The notes under the pieces: generated by a model
Database searches by the model: none
Told to the model about the DNA's origin: nothing
Seen by the model: only the letters and a program-made list of their open reading frames with translations
Position numbers and translations under genes: made by a program
Source: Gemmatimonadota bacterium
Lineage (GTDB): Bacteria; Latescibacterota; UBA2968; UBA8231
DNA: 64,000 nucleotides
Direction: 5' to 3'
Assembly: GCA_018660835.1 (NCBI GenBank)
Contig: JABJJN010000008.1
Span: 46,977-110,976 of the forward strand
In this document: positions 45,530-55,049 of the stretch, one piece after another
Layout of the letters: each line of letters opens with the position of its first letter
How positions within the stretch are numbered: the first letter of the stretch is position 1

Positions 45530-46801
45530 ATGTCATCCTACCATCGCGTCGTGCTGGGCGATTCTCGTTCAATGGCTCAGATCGACGATGAGGACGTGCA
45601 GCTTGTTGTCACGTCTCCGCCGTACTGGCAGTTGAAGGACTACGGCCACGAAGAACAAGTAGGCTTCAGCGATACGTACGAAGATTATATCAACCATCTG
45701 AATCTCGTCTGGGCCGAGTGTCACCGTGTGCTCACGCCTGGCTGCCGGCTCTGCGTCAATATCGGTGACCAATTCGCTCGCGCCGCGTACTACGGTCGCT
45801 ACAAGGTGATTCCCATCCGCACGGAGATCATCCGTTTTTGCGAGACCATCGGCTTCGACTATATGGGCGCCATCATCTGGCAGAAGGTGACCACGACGAA
45901 CAGCTCCGGTGGGGGTGCCGTGATGGGCTCCTACCCATTTCCACGCAATGGGATCGTCAAGCTCGACTACGAATTCATCCTCCTCTTCCGCAAGACGGGC
46001 AAGGCACCGGCGCCTGACCCCGATCACAAGGAAGCGTCACGTCTGACTGCAGAGGAGTGGAATAGTTACTTCAGTGGACACTGGAACTTTCCGGGAGAGC
46101 GACAGGACCGTCATCTTGCCGCCTTTCCAGAGGAACTGCCACGACGCTTGATCAAGATGTTCTCCATGTCCGGTGAAACCGTCCTGGATCCCTTTCTCGG
46201 ATCCGGGACGACCAGTGTGGCAGCGGCACGTCTCGATCGACGTTCGGTGGGCTACGAGATCAACGAAGACTTTGCGCCATTGATCCGCGAACGCCTCGGT
46301 GGTGTGGAGGTGGACTTTGTTGACGAACTACCCACAGGAGTTGATCTGGGAAGTCGACTGCAGCAGTTGCCGTATCGCTTCGTGGATCCAGTGCCCATGG
46401 ACAAACGAGCAGACCCCCGTGACTCCAGCTATGGATCACGTATTGACGGAGACGGTGGTGGCGAGCGTCGCGAATCGCTGCATCGAGTAAAGCAGGTCTT
46501 GGCACCAGATCGAGTGCAATTGGAAGATGGGAAGGCCGTCCGACTACTCGGCGTGCGCTCCATCGCGCAGAGACGACGGCAGGCGGAGGAGCATCTGCGC
46601 GAACTGACAGGAGGCAAGAAGGTATATCTGCGCTTTGATGACGCCTGCCCACCCAGAGACGATGATGCCCTGGTCTATCTCTATCTGCGCAATCGCACCC
46701 CCATCAACCGCCACCTGATCCGCTCGGGCCTGGTAGAGGTCGACACGACACGAGACTACCGCTTCAAGAAGGCCTTTCTCGCCGAGCGCGGACAAATCTG
46801 A
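45530..46801 (+). CDS. beta-class N4/N6 DNA methyltransferase fused to a C-terminal SNase-like (thermonuclease-fold) domain
   Basis: Motif IV VVTSPPYW (nt 45614-45625) comes before motif I DPFLGSGTT (nt 46193-46213). The C-terminal 105 aa (nt 46475-46789), AVRLLGV...LVYLYLRNRTPINRHLIRSGLVEV, resemble staphylococcal nuclease. Confidence 0.85.
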   Translation: MSSYHRVVLGDSRSMAQIDDEDVQLVVTSPPYWQLKDYGHEEQVGFSDTYEDYINHLNLVWAECHRVLTPGCRLCVNIGDQFARAAYYGRYKVIPIRTEIIRFCETIGFDYMGAIIWQKVTTTNSSGGGAVMGSYPFPRNGIVKLDYEFILLFRKTGKAPAPDPDHKEASRLTAEEWNSYFSGHWNFPGERQDRHLAAFPEELPRRLIKMFSMSGETVLDPFLGSGTTSVAAARLDRRSVGYEINEDFAPLIRERLGGVEVDFVDELPTGVDLGSRLQQLPYRFVDPVPMDKRADPRDSSYGSRIDGDGGGERRESLHRVKQVLAPDRVQLEDGKAVRLLGVRSIAQRRRQAEEHLRELTGGKKVYLRFDDACPPRDDDALVYLYLRNRTPINRHLIRSGLVEVDTTRDYRFKKAFLAERGQI

Positions 46802-46828
46802 CCGACCGCAACAAGTCAAAGTGACGAA

Positions 46829-46868
46829 AGAGCCCCAGCCGCATCAGCGACTGGGGCTCTTCTTGGTT
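46829..46868 (+). terminator. rho-independent terminator after the methyltransferase gene
   Basis: 10-bp stem AGAGCCCCAG / CTGGGGCTCT, 12-nt loop, then TCTTGGTT. Confidence 0.6.
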
Positions 46869-47004
46869 CGAGTGACTCGTATGGAAGGATCAGTGCACCT
46901 ATTGGTTCTGAAGTACCACCGACTGGCGCAGCATAGAGTCGCGAAGCGACTCGTCTCGAGGGATCAGCGCCACCAACCAGAACCGGACATCGCGGCAAAT
47001 CCCG

Positions 47005-48420
47005 TCACATACATTGAGCAACGACCGTGCGAATCTCCTCTACCGTCGATTCCTCGAGATCTTCTTTGATTTGTTCCAGCGCGGCGGCACTGACACCGAC
47101 CTGCGCCATGGCCTTTTCATCGAACTCAGGCTCGTCGCCTGGCAGAAAACCAAGCCCGACCGCCTTGGCCAGATTGTCGGCCAGGTGCACGAGGCATTCG
47201 AGATCTGTCGTTTCGTGCAGATCGTGATGATGACCGACGACTCCGACCGCCTCGGCTCCCATGTCAGCATTGATCAGCAGGAGTTGTCCCAAACGCTGAT
47301 GCCCCGCTACATCCCCCATGTCAATCTCGGCCTGGCGAAAGCTGACACTCTTGTTGCGACTATGGCCCAGGAGCCGTGTCGTCCAGTCCCAGAAGAAGAA
47401 GCCGAGGACGAGTTTGCCAATGTCATGCAGTAGCGAGCCGATCCAATAGTCGGTGAACTCCAGTTCACCGCCCGCGAGGCGCAGCTTCTTCTCCACGCAC
47501 AGCTTGTCAGCGATAATCGCTGTCGCCACGGAATGCTCCCAGAAGCGCTGCAACTCAAAATCACTGTCTTCTGGTTTGACCAACCCATTGATCATCTTCA
47601 CCTGCTGGGCAATGGCACCCACCTTCTTCACGCCCAGACGTGTGATGATCTCCTTCAGCGTCCATTTCGATGTGCGTCCAGCGGTGCCGGTGAATACGGG
47701 CGACCGCATCACCTGCAGCAATTTCATGACGATCGCGGGATCCGTGCACAACACGCGTTCCAGTTCGTCTGGCGTCGTCTTTGGATCGTTCACCATACGC
47801 ATGATGCGCATGACGATCTCGGGCATGGTCGGCAGGGTGTTGATATTGCGCAGGCGGCGCTCCACCTGCTGACGAATCTGATCGTACGGCAGACTCTCGA
47901 CGTCAGTGATCAGGTTGCCGATTCCACCCTCTTCGAGGGTTGTGCCGACTGTACTCTGCAAGGATGCATTGCCGTGCGTGAAGGCCTGTTCCCATGCGCA
48001 GTAGGAGATCGCCTCCAAACCACTGGCGGCCATGCGCTGCATGCCAAGCTTCTTCGTCGGCAAGATCAGAAATAGGCGGATTTTGCCCTGCATTCCCAGA
48101 GCCTGCAACGCGACGGCGCTGGATATCTCAGTATCCTGAATCACACAGACGCAGCGAATTCGCTCACCGTGCTGTGCCAGCAGTTCCGCAGCTTTGGTCA
48201 GATCGGGTGCAACGACGATTGACAGTCCGTATTGGTAGTTCAACATCAGATTCAGGAACTTGGCAAGCACTTGCTGTGGCTTGCCTTGCTGGAGAACCAG
48301 CAGGCCGTATTCGTGTGTCGCGGCAGGGTTGGTCGTCATAAATGTCTGTTTGAAGGTCTTTGGCTTGGAAGGAAAGTCAGCTGCAATTCGATCGTGAACA
48401 AACAGTTCCATACCACACAA
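47005..48420 (-). CDS. HDOD-domain signalling protein with degenerate receiver-like N-terminus
   Basis: LPTMPEIVMRIMRMVNDPKTTPDELERVLCTDPAIVMKLLQVMRSPVF; HD-like LLHDIGKLV...HH. The start is uncertain (48420, 48411 or 48339). Confidence 0.8.
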   Translation of the reverse strand: MCGMELFVHDRIAADFPSKPKTFKQTFMTTNPAATHEYGLLVLQQGKPQQVLAKFLNLMLNYQYGLSIVVAPDLTKAAELLAQHGERIRCVCVIQDTEISSAVALQALGMQGKIRLFLILPTKKLGMQRMAASGLEAISYCAWEQAFTHGNASLQSTVGTTLEEGGIGNLITDVESLPYDQIRQQVERRLRNINTLPTMPEIVMRIMRMVNDPKTTPDELERVLCTDPAIVMKLLQVMRSPVFTGTAGRTSKWTLKEIITRLGVKKVGAIAQQVKMINGLVKPEDSDFELQRFWEHSVATAIIADKLCVEKKLRLAGGELEFTDYWIGSLLHDIGKLVLGFFFWDWTTRLLGHSRNKSVSFRQAEIDMGDVAGHQRLGQLLLINADMGAEAVGVVGHHHDLHETTDLECLVHLADNLAKAVGLGFLPGDEPEFDEKAMAQVGVSAAALEQIKEDLEESTVEEIRTVVAQCM

Positions 48421-48478
48421 GGCAATGCCTCAGTACCATCATTCACCACCCAATCACCGCACGCGGGTACAAGTTGTG

Positions 48479-49231
48479 TCAGTTTTGTCTGTTTTTTTCT
48501 TCGAAAGACTTCACGACGAGTTCAGCATCGTCCACGGGATGATAACCCAAATCGGCCCTCGCATTCTGCAGGTCCCAGTAGGCTCGGGTATTTGCACTGA
48601 TCCCATAGTAGATGCCGAACAGGACCGAAGTATCTAGACTGCGCGTCACCAGTTGCACGGCGTCGCGCGGACTGAGCCAGGTAGACAAGATCCGATCGTC
48701 GTCGCGCTCGACGACATCGCGCTCAGGGCGAAAGGTGCCGATACGCAGGCAGATGACACTCAGACCAAATTCATCGGCATAAAACCTCGCAAGATCTTCA
48801 CCAAAAGCCTTGCTCACACCGTATAAACTATCGGGGCGGGAGGGCATGTCCGGTCTCGTAAACACGCCCTCCTGCTCATAGAACCCTGTGACATGGTTGC
48901 TGCTGGCGAACACGACTCGCCGTACTCCCTGACGCCGGGCAGCCTCCAATACGTGGTAGGTGCCGCCCATATTGACTTCGAAGCACGGTTCCCAAGGCGT
49001 TGTGCCTTCTCGATGCCCTGCCAGATGTACGATGGCATCCATCCCGGATGCAGCTTCCTCCATGGCAGACAGATCACGAATGTCAGCGACGACAGCCTCT
49101 TCTCCCTGCCGCAGTGGAACGATGGGCATCAGATCACCGAGGCGAAGCTGATACTTGGATCGCAGGGCCGGTCGCAGAGCCGTTCCTATGTCGCCGGCAG
49201 CACCGGTGATGAGCAGTCGGTCGAGACTCAT
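48479..49231 (-). CDS. NAD-dependent epimerase/dehydratase family (uronate-dehydrogenase-like)
   Basis: LLITGAAGDIGTAL; catalytic YGVSK. Confidence 0.8.
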   Translation of the reverse strand: MSLDRLLITGAAGDIGTALRPALRSKYQLRLGDLMPIVPLRQGEEAVVADIRDLSAMEEAASGMDAIVHLAGHREGTTPWEPCFEVNMGGTYHVLEAARRQGVRRVVFASSNHVTGFYEQEGVFTRPDMPSRPDSLYGVSKAFGEDLARFYADEFGLSVICLRIGTFRPERDVVERDDDRILSTWLSPRDAVQLVTRSLDTSVLFGIYYGISANTRAYWDLQNARADLGYHPVDDAELVVKSFEEKNRQN

Positions 49232-49242
49232 CGTTACTGGCT

Positions 49243-49890
49243 CTAGCGCGCCGCCCAGAGTGACCCCCGGCGCTGAATCTCGCGTGCCTCGGGTACATCA
49301 AAGTCCGTCGCCACGTGGCCCAGGGAAGAAAAGAAGACCTTGCCTTGTCCCCACATGCGCTTCCACACGACGGGCATAATGGTCCCATTGACCCACGGTG
49401 TGGATTGGGCGTCGAAGGTCGTCGTCGCCAGCACGTCATTGCCTGGATCGGTGTGCATGTAATACTGCTCTGAGTGCATGGCAAAGTCTTCGATTCCCGC
49501 AACGATTGGATCGTCACTGCTGATGTTGACGGTGTAATCCTTTACGCCGTCGGGGTGACCGACAAACTGCCCACCCGTCATCATTTGGTATCCACACTCG
49601 TTGCGGAAAGCGTCACACATGCCGCCGTGCCAACCTGCCAGACCGACGCCACTCTCGACTGCCTCGATCAGACCTTGATTCTGCTCGCGCTCTATGGTTC
49701 CCATGGTCCAACAGGGAACGATCAAGCTCAGACTCTGCATCAGATCGCTGTCTTTGTAGCTATCCATCGTATCTGAAAGGATGACTTCAAATCCCTCGCC
49801 CGCCAGAACGTCTGCAAAGATCTCCGCCGTCTGTTTTGGTTCGTGGCCATCCCAGCCACCCCACACAATCAGCACCTTCTTATCGGCCAT
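49243..49890 (-). CDS. ThuA-domain protein
   Basis: KVLIVWGGWDGHEP..., then GWHGG and SLGH. 215 aa. Confidence 0.75.
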   Translation of the reverse strand: MADKKVLIVWGGWDGHEPKQTAEIFADVLAGEGFEVILSDTMDSYKDSDLMQSLSLIVPCWTMGTIEREQNQGLIEAVESGVGLAGWHGGMCDAFRNECGYQMMTGGQFVGHPDGVKDYTVNISSDDPIVAGIEDFAMHSEQYYMHTDPGNDVLATTTFDAQSTPWVNGTIMPVVWKRMWGQGKVFFSSLGHVATDFDVPEAREIQRRGSLWAAR

Positions 49891-49914
49891 ACGAGTACTC
49901 CTCCAACAAACTGG

Positions 49915-50355
49915 TTACGGTTCGTTTTGTGGCTCGCTCGAGTTGAAGCGACCATGCATCAGGGCGATGACAATGCCACCCATGCCCTGCTCAATGATGT
50001 GCCATGAGGCATCGACAATGACGAGGGTACCCGTGTGATTGCCCTCTGCGCCGTAAAGAATGATACCGTGGGGGAGGGTAAACAGCACCCCCATCAACAT
50101 GCCGAAACGCACTCCCTCTGCCAGTGGATCCCCACCTGAATATCCCTTGGGATAGATATATGTCATCAAGAAAGCAAGCAGAACGTAGCCAAGGATAATG
50201 ATCCTTGTGAGCGGGACCTGCCGAGGCAACGCCGTATGCTCCGCGTAGAAGGCTGCCATGAATGAATCGTGCCACAACCAACCCAACGTCAGCATGACCA
50301 ACGCCGAGGCAGCTGTCGCCAGGAGAAATCGTTGTGTGCTCATAGAGTTTCCCAC
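49915..50355 (-). CDS. small 4-TM membrane protein (possibly DUF1761-like)
   Basis: Hydrophobic 146-aa ORF with no competing ORF of better quality. The family call is tentative. Confidence 0.5.
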   Translation of the reverse strand: MGNSMSTQRFLLATAASALVMLTLGWLWHDSFMAAFYAEHTALPRQVPLTRIIILGYVLLAFLMTYIYPKGYSGGDPLAEGVRFGMLMGVLFTLPHGIILYGAEGNHTGTLVIVDASWHIIEQGMGGIVIALMHGRFNSSEPQNEP

Positions 50356-50478
50356 TGGGCCGTGACAGGGCGCTTCAACGCGCCATGACTGATGACAATC
50401 TTTGGCCTGCAGCCGGGTGCGTCAAGACGGCGACAGAGCAAATTGAGCACAGCCCCCTGTTTGACCTACTCTAACCCT

Positions 50479-51375
50479 ATGATCTTACCCGTCATTCTGC
50501 CGCTGCTGGCCCTCGTGGCGATCGGCTGGCTATTGGGTCGTTGGCGCCACGCCGACCCCGCAGGCGTTGCCGACGTCGTCCTCTATTTATTCATGCCCCT
50601 GCTCATGTTTACGTCTCTGGTCAAAGATCCGGTCAGTTGGGGCCAGGCGGGGCAATATCTGGGCTGGTATCTGTGCTACGTGCTCATCATGTGGGCTGTG
50701 GCAGTCATCGCCGGCCGGTGGCTACAGTGGACCCAGCCCCTGCGTGCTGCACTTGGCCTGGTGCTGACAGGGATCAACGTCGGCAGCTACGGGGTCCCCA
50801 TCGTATTGTCCGTCGTCGGTGAGCAGGTCCTGTCAGGCGCCATGTTATTGCTCGTCGCCTCGAATGCAGCAGCAGGTTCACTCGGTGTCTATCTCGCCGC
50901 GGGCGGCCGTCTACGCCCCGCCCAAGCGGCAAAGAGCATCTTCCGCCTGCCTCTGGTCTATGCCGTGGTGGGTGCAGTGGGTGTGCAAATCTCAGGTCTG
51001 CATATTCCAAACGCTTGGCTTGAGCCAGCCTATCGGGTCGGCATGATGGGCCCAACCCTTGCTTTGGTCGTCCTCGGCCTGCAATTGAGTCGTGTCGATT
51101 GGTCTGGCATGGGCCGGCAGATCGGTTGGGTCGCCGGCGCCAAGCTCGCCATCGGCAGCTGCGTCGGCCTCGTGCTTGCCACAAGCCTGGGTGCCCAGGG
51201 TGACGACCTGGTCGCTCTTGCAGTGATGGGATGCTTGCCGTGCACGATCAACAGTGTGTTACTCTCACTGCGCTTTGACACACGCCCGGACTTTGTCGGG
51301 GGCGCTTGCTTGTTGACCACTCTGATGAGCCCTGTGGCGCTGCTTTTCGCCCTGAGCTGGCTCGGACGCATCTGA
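50479..51375 (+). CDS. AEC (auxin efflux carrier) family transporter
   Basis: MILPVILPLLALVAIGWLLG..., about 10 TM segments in a two-half architecture. Confidence 0.75.
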   Translation: MILPVILPLLALVAIGWLLGRWRHADPAGVADVVLYLFMPLLMFTSLVKDPVSWGQAGQYLGWYLCYVLIMWAVAVIAGRWLQWTQPLRAALGLVLTGINVGSYGVPIVLSVVGEQVLSGAMLLLVASNAAAGSLGVYLAAGGRLRPAQAAKSIFRLPLVYAVVGAVGVQISGLHIPNAWLEPAYRVGMMGPTLALVVLGLQLSRVDWSGMGRQIGWVAGAKLAIGSCVGLVLATSLGAQGDDLVALAVMGCLPCTINSVLLSLRFDTRPDFVGGACLLTTLMSPVALLFALSWLGRI

Positions 51376-51386
51376 GGAGGAATACC

Positions 51387-52052
51387 CTGCATCTGGAATT
51401 GCGAGAGGTCGATCTTGCCTTTGACGGCAAACCTCTGCTACAGCGGATCGGCCTGTCCATTCGCAGCCGTAGCGACGACGTGGGGGATTTCGTCGTCATC
51501 GAGGGCCCCTCAGGCAGTGGCAAGAGCAGTCTTTTGCGCTTGCTCAATCGCCTTGTGGAACCAACGGCAGGGCAGATGCTTGTTGATGGAGTGATTCCTG
51601 CTGCCGCACAGACACCGGCCCTGCGCCGGCAAGTCGCTTTGCTTCAGCAGACGCCCGTGATTATGTCAGATACGGTACGGGTGAATCTTCTCCATGGTGA
51701 TGCCTTTGCCACCCAATCAGCCGCCAAGGATGAGGCACAGTTGCGCCGAGATCTGGATAGGGTGGGCCTGGAGCACATCGCCTTGGACGATGCCGCCGAA
51801 CCCCTGTCCGTGGGGCAGCGTCAACGTCTGGCCCTGGCACGACTGCTACGCGTGCAGCCGCGATTTCTGCTCGCCGACGAGCCAACATCCGCTCTCGATG
51901 ACGAATCGCGCCGTGTGGTCCTGGCCAGACTCGAGTCGCTCTGCGTCGATGGCGGAATGGGCGTTGTCCTTGTAACCCATCGACAGTTCACCCCCGCACG
52001 AATCACCCCGCGCCGCCTGCGACTGCAGGATGGGCACCTGAAGGAGGTCTGA
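51387..52052 (+). CDS. fetA: ABC ATP-binding protein, FetA/YbbL-like
   Basis: Walker [10 protein letters not shown], signature LSVGQRQR, Walker B LLADEPTSALD. Probable CTG start six nt after GGAGG. Directly abuts the FetB-like gene. Confidence 0.7.
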   Translation: MHLELREVDLAFDGKPLLQRIGLSIRSRSDDVGDFVVIEGPSGSGKSSLLRLLNRLVEPTAGQMLVDGVIPAAAQTPALRRQVALLQQTPVIMSDTVRVNLLHGDAFATQSAAKDEAQLRRDLDRVGLEHIALDDAAEPLSVGQRQRLALARLLRVQPRFLLADEPTSALDDESRRVVLARLESLCVDGGMGVVLVTHRQFTPARITPRRLRLQDGHLKEV

Positions 52053-52826
52053 GTGGGCCCCCTCGCGATCGGCCCGGTGCAGCTGGCTCTGTGTCTGGTC
52101 TTCATCCTCATCGCCGGCTTCGCCTCACTCGCATTGGGGCTTCGTCTCGAGCGCGACCTTCTGTGGGGCTCCCTTCGAGCCTTTGCGCAGTTGTTACTGG
52201 TCGGCATCCTGCTGGATACGGTCTTCCAACTGGACCGAGCCGTCCTCGTGCTCGCCGTCTTCGTGTTTATGGTCTTCTGGGCGGCCCATGCCGTGCGCGG
52301 TCGCGTGGCCGATGCGCAGATCGGGGTCTTTCTCCCCACCTTCGTGTCGATGGTGACCAGCTACCTTGTTGTCACCATCGTCGTCACGGCCGCCATCATC
52401 CAGGTTGATCCGTGGTGGTCACCACAATACTTCATTCCCATTGGCGGCATGATTGCCGGCAATTCGATGAATGCCATCTCTTTGTCACTCGAGCGCATGC
52501 TGCGTGACTTTCGTCAACAGCGGGCGCAGATCGAGTTGGCACTGGTCCTTGGGGCCACGGGCGCTGAAGCGACTGCACCCATTCTCCGAGCCGCGATCCG
52601 TGCCGGCATGATTCCGTCGATCAATGCTCTTATGACGGTTGGTCTCGTCTCGCTTCCGGGCATGATGACGGGGCAGATTCTGTCCGGCACCGCCCCGGGA
52701 GAAGCAGTCCGTTATCAGATCGTCGTCATGCTGATGCTCGTCGCCTCTACGACCATTGGCGCCACACTCGTGACCTACGTCGTACGTCGTCGCTGTTTCA
52801 CGCGTGCCCATCAGTTATCAATCTGA
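52053..52826 (+). CDS. fetB: FetB/YbbM (UPF0014) family ABC permease
   Basis: 7-TM protein with IPIGGMIAGNSMNAISLSLER and MIPSINALMTVGLVSLPGMMTGQIL. GTG start. Confidence 0.75.
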   Translation: MGPLAIGPVQLALCLVFILIAGFASLALGLRLERDLLWGSLRAFAQLLLVGILLDTVFQLDRAVLVLAVFVFMVFWAAHAVRGRVADAQIGVFLPTFVSMVTSYLVVTIVVTAAIIQVDPWWSPQYFIPIGGMIAGNSMNAISLSLERMLRDFRQQRAQIELALVLGATGAEATAPILRAAIRAGMIPSINALMTVGLVSLPGMMTGQILSGTAPGEAVRYQIVVMLMLVASTTIGATLVTYVVRRRCFTRAHQLSI

Positions 52827-52919
52827 GAGTCATGCAAGAAATCCCTTGCGCGAAGGTAGGTCGTGTTTGCCTACTTTACCGTCAAGGAATCCTTGTTGCC
52901 ACACATGGAGGAAATCACG

Positions 52920-53657
52920 ATGGAAACGCATGACGCCATGAACGAAGACATTGGCCTGGTTGGACGTATGATTCGTCTCTTTACTGCGCCAGCGGAAACA
53001 TTCGAGGCGGTCCGCATTCGTCGCAGTTGGCATGACTGGGTGATACCTACTTTGCTGGCCGCCATGGTGGCCACCGTGTGTGCTCAGATCACGATGCCAT
53101 TGCTGATGGAGCAACAGCAGGTTGCCGTTGAGAAACAGATGCGCGCCAATGAGGCGAATATGACGAAGGCGCAGATGGAGCAGAACGTGAGATCATGGAG
53201 AAGATGGAGGGTGTCACCGGCGCCATGACCCTCGTCATGACACCCGTGTCGATCTTCGCCATGCTCTTTGTCATCTCTGGTCTGGTTCTACTCGTGGGAC
53301 GCTTCATCATGGGAGGTGAACTCACGTACGGGCAAGTTCTGGCCTGCGAAGGCTACATCTCGCTGATTCTTGTGCTGCAGGCCGCCGTCCTCACACCGAC
53401 TTCGAGTCGCCAAAGAATCGGTCCTGATCATGCTCGGCCCCGGGCTCTTCTTCGACAACGATGCTTTGACCGGTGTCGCCGGACGCATGCTTGCCATGGT
53501 CGACATCTTCGTACTCTGGCAGGTCATACTCGGCGCCGTTGCCCTCACGGTTCTGACCCGCGGCAGTTTTGGCAAGGCTGTCGGCTCGATGCTCGGTCTT
53601 TGGTTCGTCTACCTCGTCATTTTTGGTGCGATTACCAACATGAGCGCCGGAGGTTGA
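52920..53657 (+). pseudogene. Yip1/DUF1282-like membrane protein gene interrupted by two compensating frameshifts
   Basis: Three consecutive ORF pieces are involved. Piece 1 (52863 ORF) ends at 53228. Piece 2 (53195 ORF) is in another frame. Piece 3 (53370 ORF) returns to the frame of piece 1. Joined, they read as one 5-TM Yip1-like protein. GGAGG precedes the ATG at 52920. Confidence 0.6.
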
Positions 53658-53658
53658 T

Positions 53659-55041
53659 GTGACCCAGACGTCAACCCCGCCGCCCTTTGGTGGCGGTCGT
53701 AAGCTGGGGTGGAAACCAAAGCTTCTCATCTTTCTGTTGCTTGCCGGTTCGATTGGTGGTCTATCCTGGGTGGCTCTGAAGAAGGAAGAGCCGACAGAAA
53801 CATTCCCCGTCTTGGCCCTCAAGCGAGGCAACCTCGTCGACAAGCTCGGAGATACAGGGACAATCGAGTTGGTGCGCACCGTCGAGGTGAAATCGACGAT
53901 CGCCGGGGAGATTCGCAAGCTGCCTGTCGAGGCGGGCGACGCCGTCGTCGAGGGCCAGCTGCTGGCCGTCGTTGAACCCGACCCGAATCAATCACTGCAA
54001 TTGGAGCAGAAGCGCGCCGCTGTCGAACGGGGCAGACTCAGTGTCGCCGAACTCGAACGTGATCTCGATCGCCAGCGGGCGCTCTTTGAGCGCAAGATGC
54101 TGTCCGCCTCCGAATTCGAGAATGCTGAGATGCGTCTGACTCAGGGTCACAACGATCTGCGTCTGGCACGACTCGAACTGGAAATCCTTGAGACCAAAGC
54201 AAATCTGAGTCAGGACGAGCGGCTGCAGAAGTTGCAGCTCGATGAAGTTCGCGTCCTGTCGCCGATCAGCGGCATTGTCGTCCGTCGTGGCGTTGAGATC
54301 GGCGAGGTGGTCGCCTCGGGGCTGAATGCATTCTCGGGCGGCACACTGCTATTCGAAATCGGTGACCCGAGTCAGATGATTGTGCGCGGCGACATTGCTG
54401 AAATCGATATCGGCAAACTGGAAACAGGGCAAGAGGTGGATATCGTTGTCGATGCCTATCCCGACACGACCTTCGCCGGCCGTGTTCGCTGGATCGCACC
54501 GGTCGGTGCACAGAAGCCGGGCTCGCCGATCGTCACCTTCGACACGGAAATCAACATCATCGATCTGGAACCACGCTTGCGCCAAGGCATGTCCTGTGAC
54601 ATCGACATCATCTTCAGCCGCCGTGACAGCGTCACATACCTGCCCGTCGAAGCGGTGCTGGAGGTATTCGACGAAGTGGAGGATGACGACGACGAGGATG
54701 CGGGCAAGGGGCGACGGGGACGATTCATCGCCTTTCGGGTTGAACCGGATACAACCAGTTCAGCGGACTCAGAGGCCGATGCAGAGGGTGACGATAGTGA
54801 CGGCGACGATCTGGACAAGGACGACGATGCTGTGCAGGCCCCCGCCGATCCTGATCCAGTTGAATTGTCACGCTTCGTGGAGATAGATCTTGAGATTGGT
54901 CTGCGCACGAACACACGGATCGAGATTCTTGGTGGCCTCGCCGACTCAAGCCTCGTCGCCGCAGATCCGCAGCAAATATCTGACGAACTCGAAGAGTTGG
55001 CAGAGGAGGAATCAGAGGATACCGAGGACGAGGACGACTAG
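53659..55041 (+). CDS. HlyD/MacA-type periplasmic adaptor (membrane fusion protein) with long acidic C-terminal region
   Basis: N-terminal TM, lipoyl/barrel segments (VKSTIAGEI, VLSPISGIV), a coiled hairpin, and D/E-rich stretches near the C-terminus. GTG start after GGAGG. Confidence 0.85.
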   Translation: MTQTSTPPPFGGGRKLGWKPKLLIFLLLAGSIGGLSWVALKKEEPTETFPVLALKRGNLVDKLGDTGTIELVRTVEVKSTIAGEIRKLPVEAGDAVVEGQLLAVVEPDPNQSLQLEQKRAAVERGRLSVAELERDLDRQRALFERKMLSASEFENAEMRLTQGHNDLRLARLELEILETKANLSQDERLQKLQLDEVRVLSPISGIVVRRGVEIGEVVASGLNAFSGGTLLFEIGDPSQMIVRGDIAEIDIGKLETGQEVDIVVDAYPDTTFAGRVRWIAPVGAQKPGSPIVTFDTEINIIDLEPRLRQGMSCDIDIIFSRRDSVTYLPVEAVLEVFDEVEDDDDEDAGKGRRGRFIAFRVEPDTTSSADSEADAEGDDSDGDDLDKDDDAVQAPADPDPVELSRFVEIDLEIGLRTNTRIEILGGLADSSLVAADPQQISDELEELAEEESEDTEDEDD

Positions 55042-55049
55042 AGCCCCCG

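Noticed and set aside
45530-46801. The methyltransferase as part of a mobile element or restriction-modification island
   Set aside because: No integrase, transposase, phage gene, endonuclease, flanking direct repeat or tRNA is visible within several kb. By eye, the base composition does not stand out from the neighbours.
53195-53662. 155-aa ORF treated as an independent gene
   Set aside because: Only its first roughly 70 residues look like membrane protein. The remainder (SSRQRIGPDHARPRALLRQRCFDRCRRTHACHG...) is non-protein-like, while the overlapping frame (the 53370 ORF) continues the Yip1-like sequence. It is better explained as the middle piece of a frameshifted gene.
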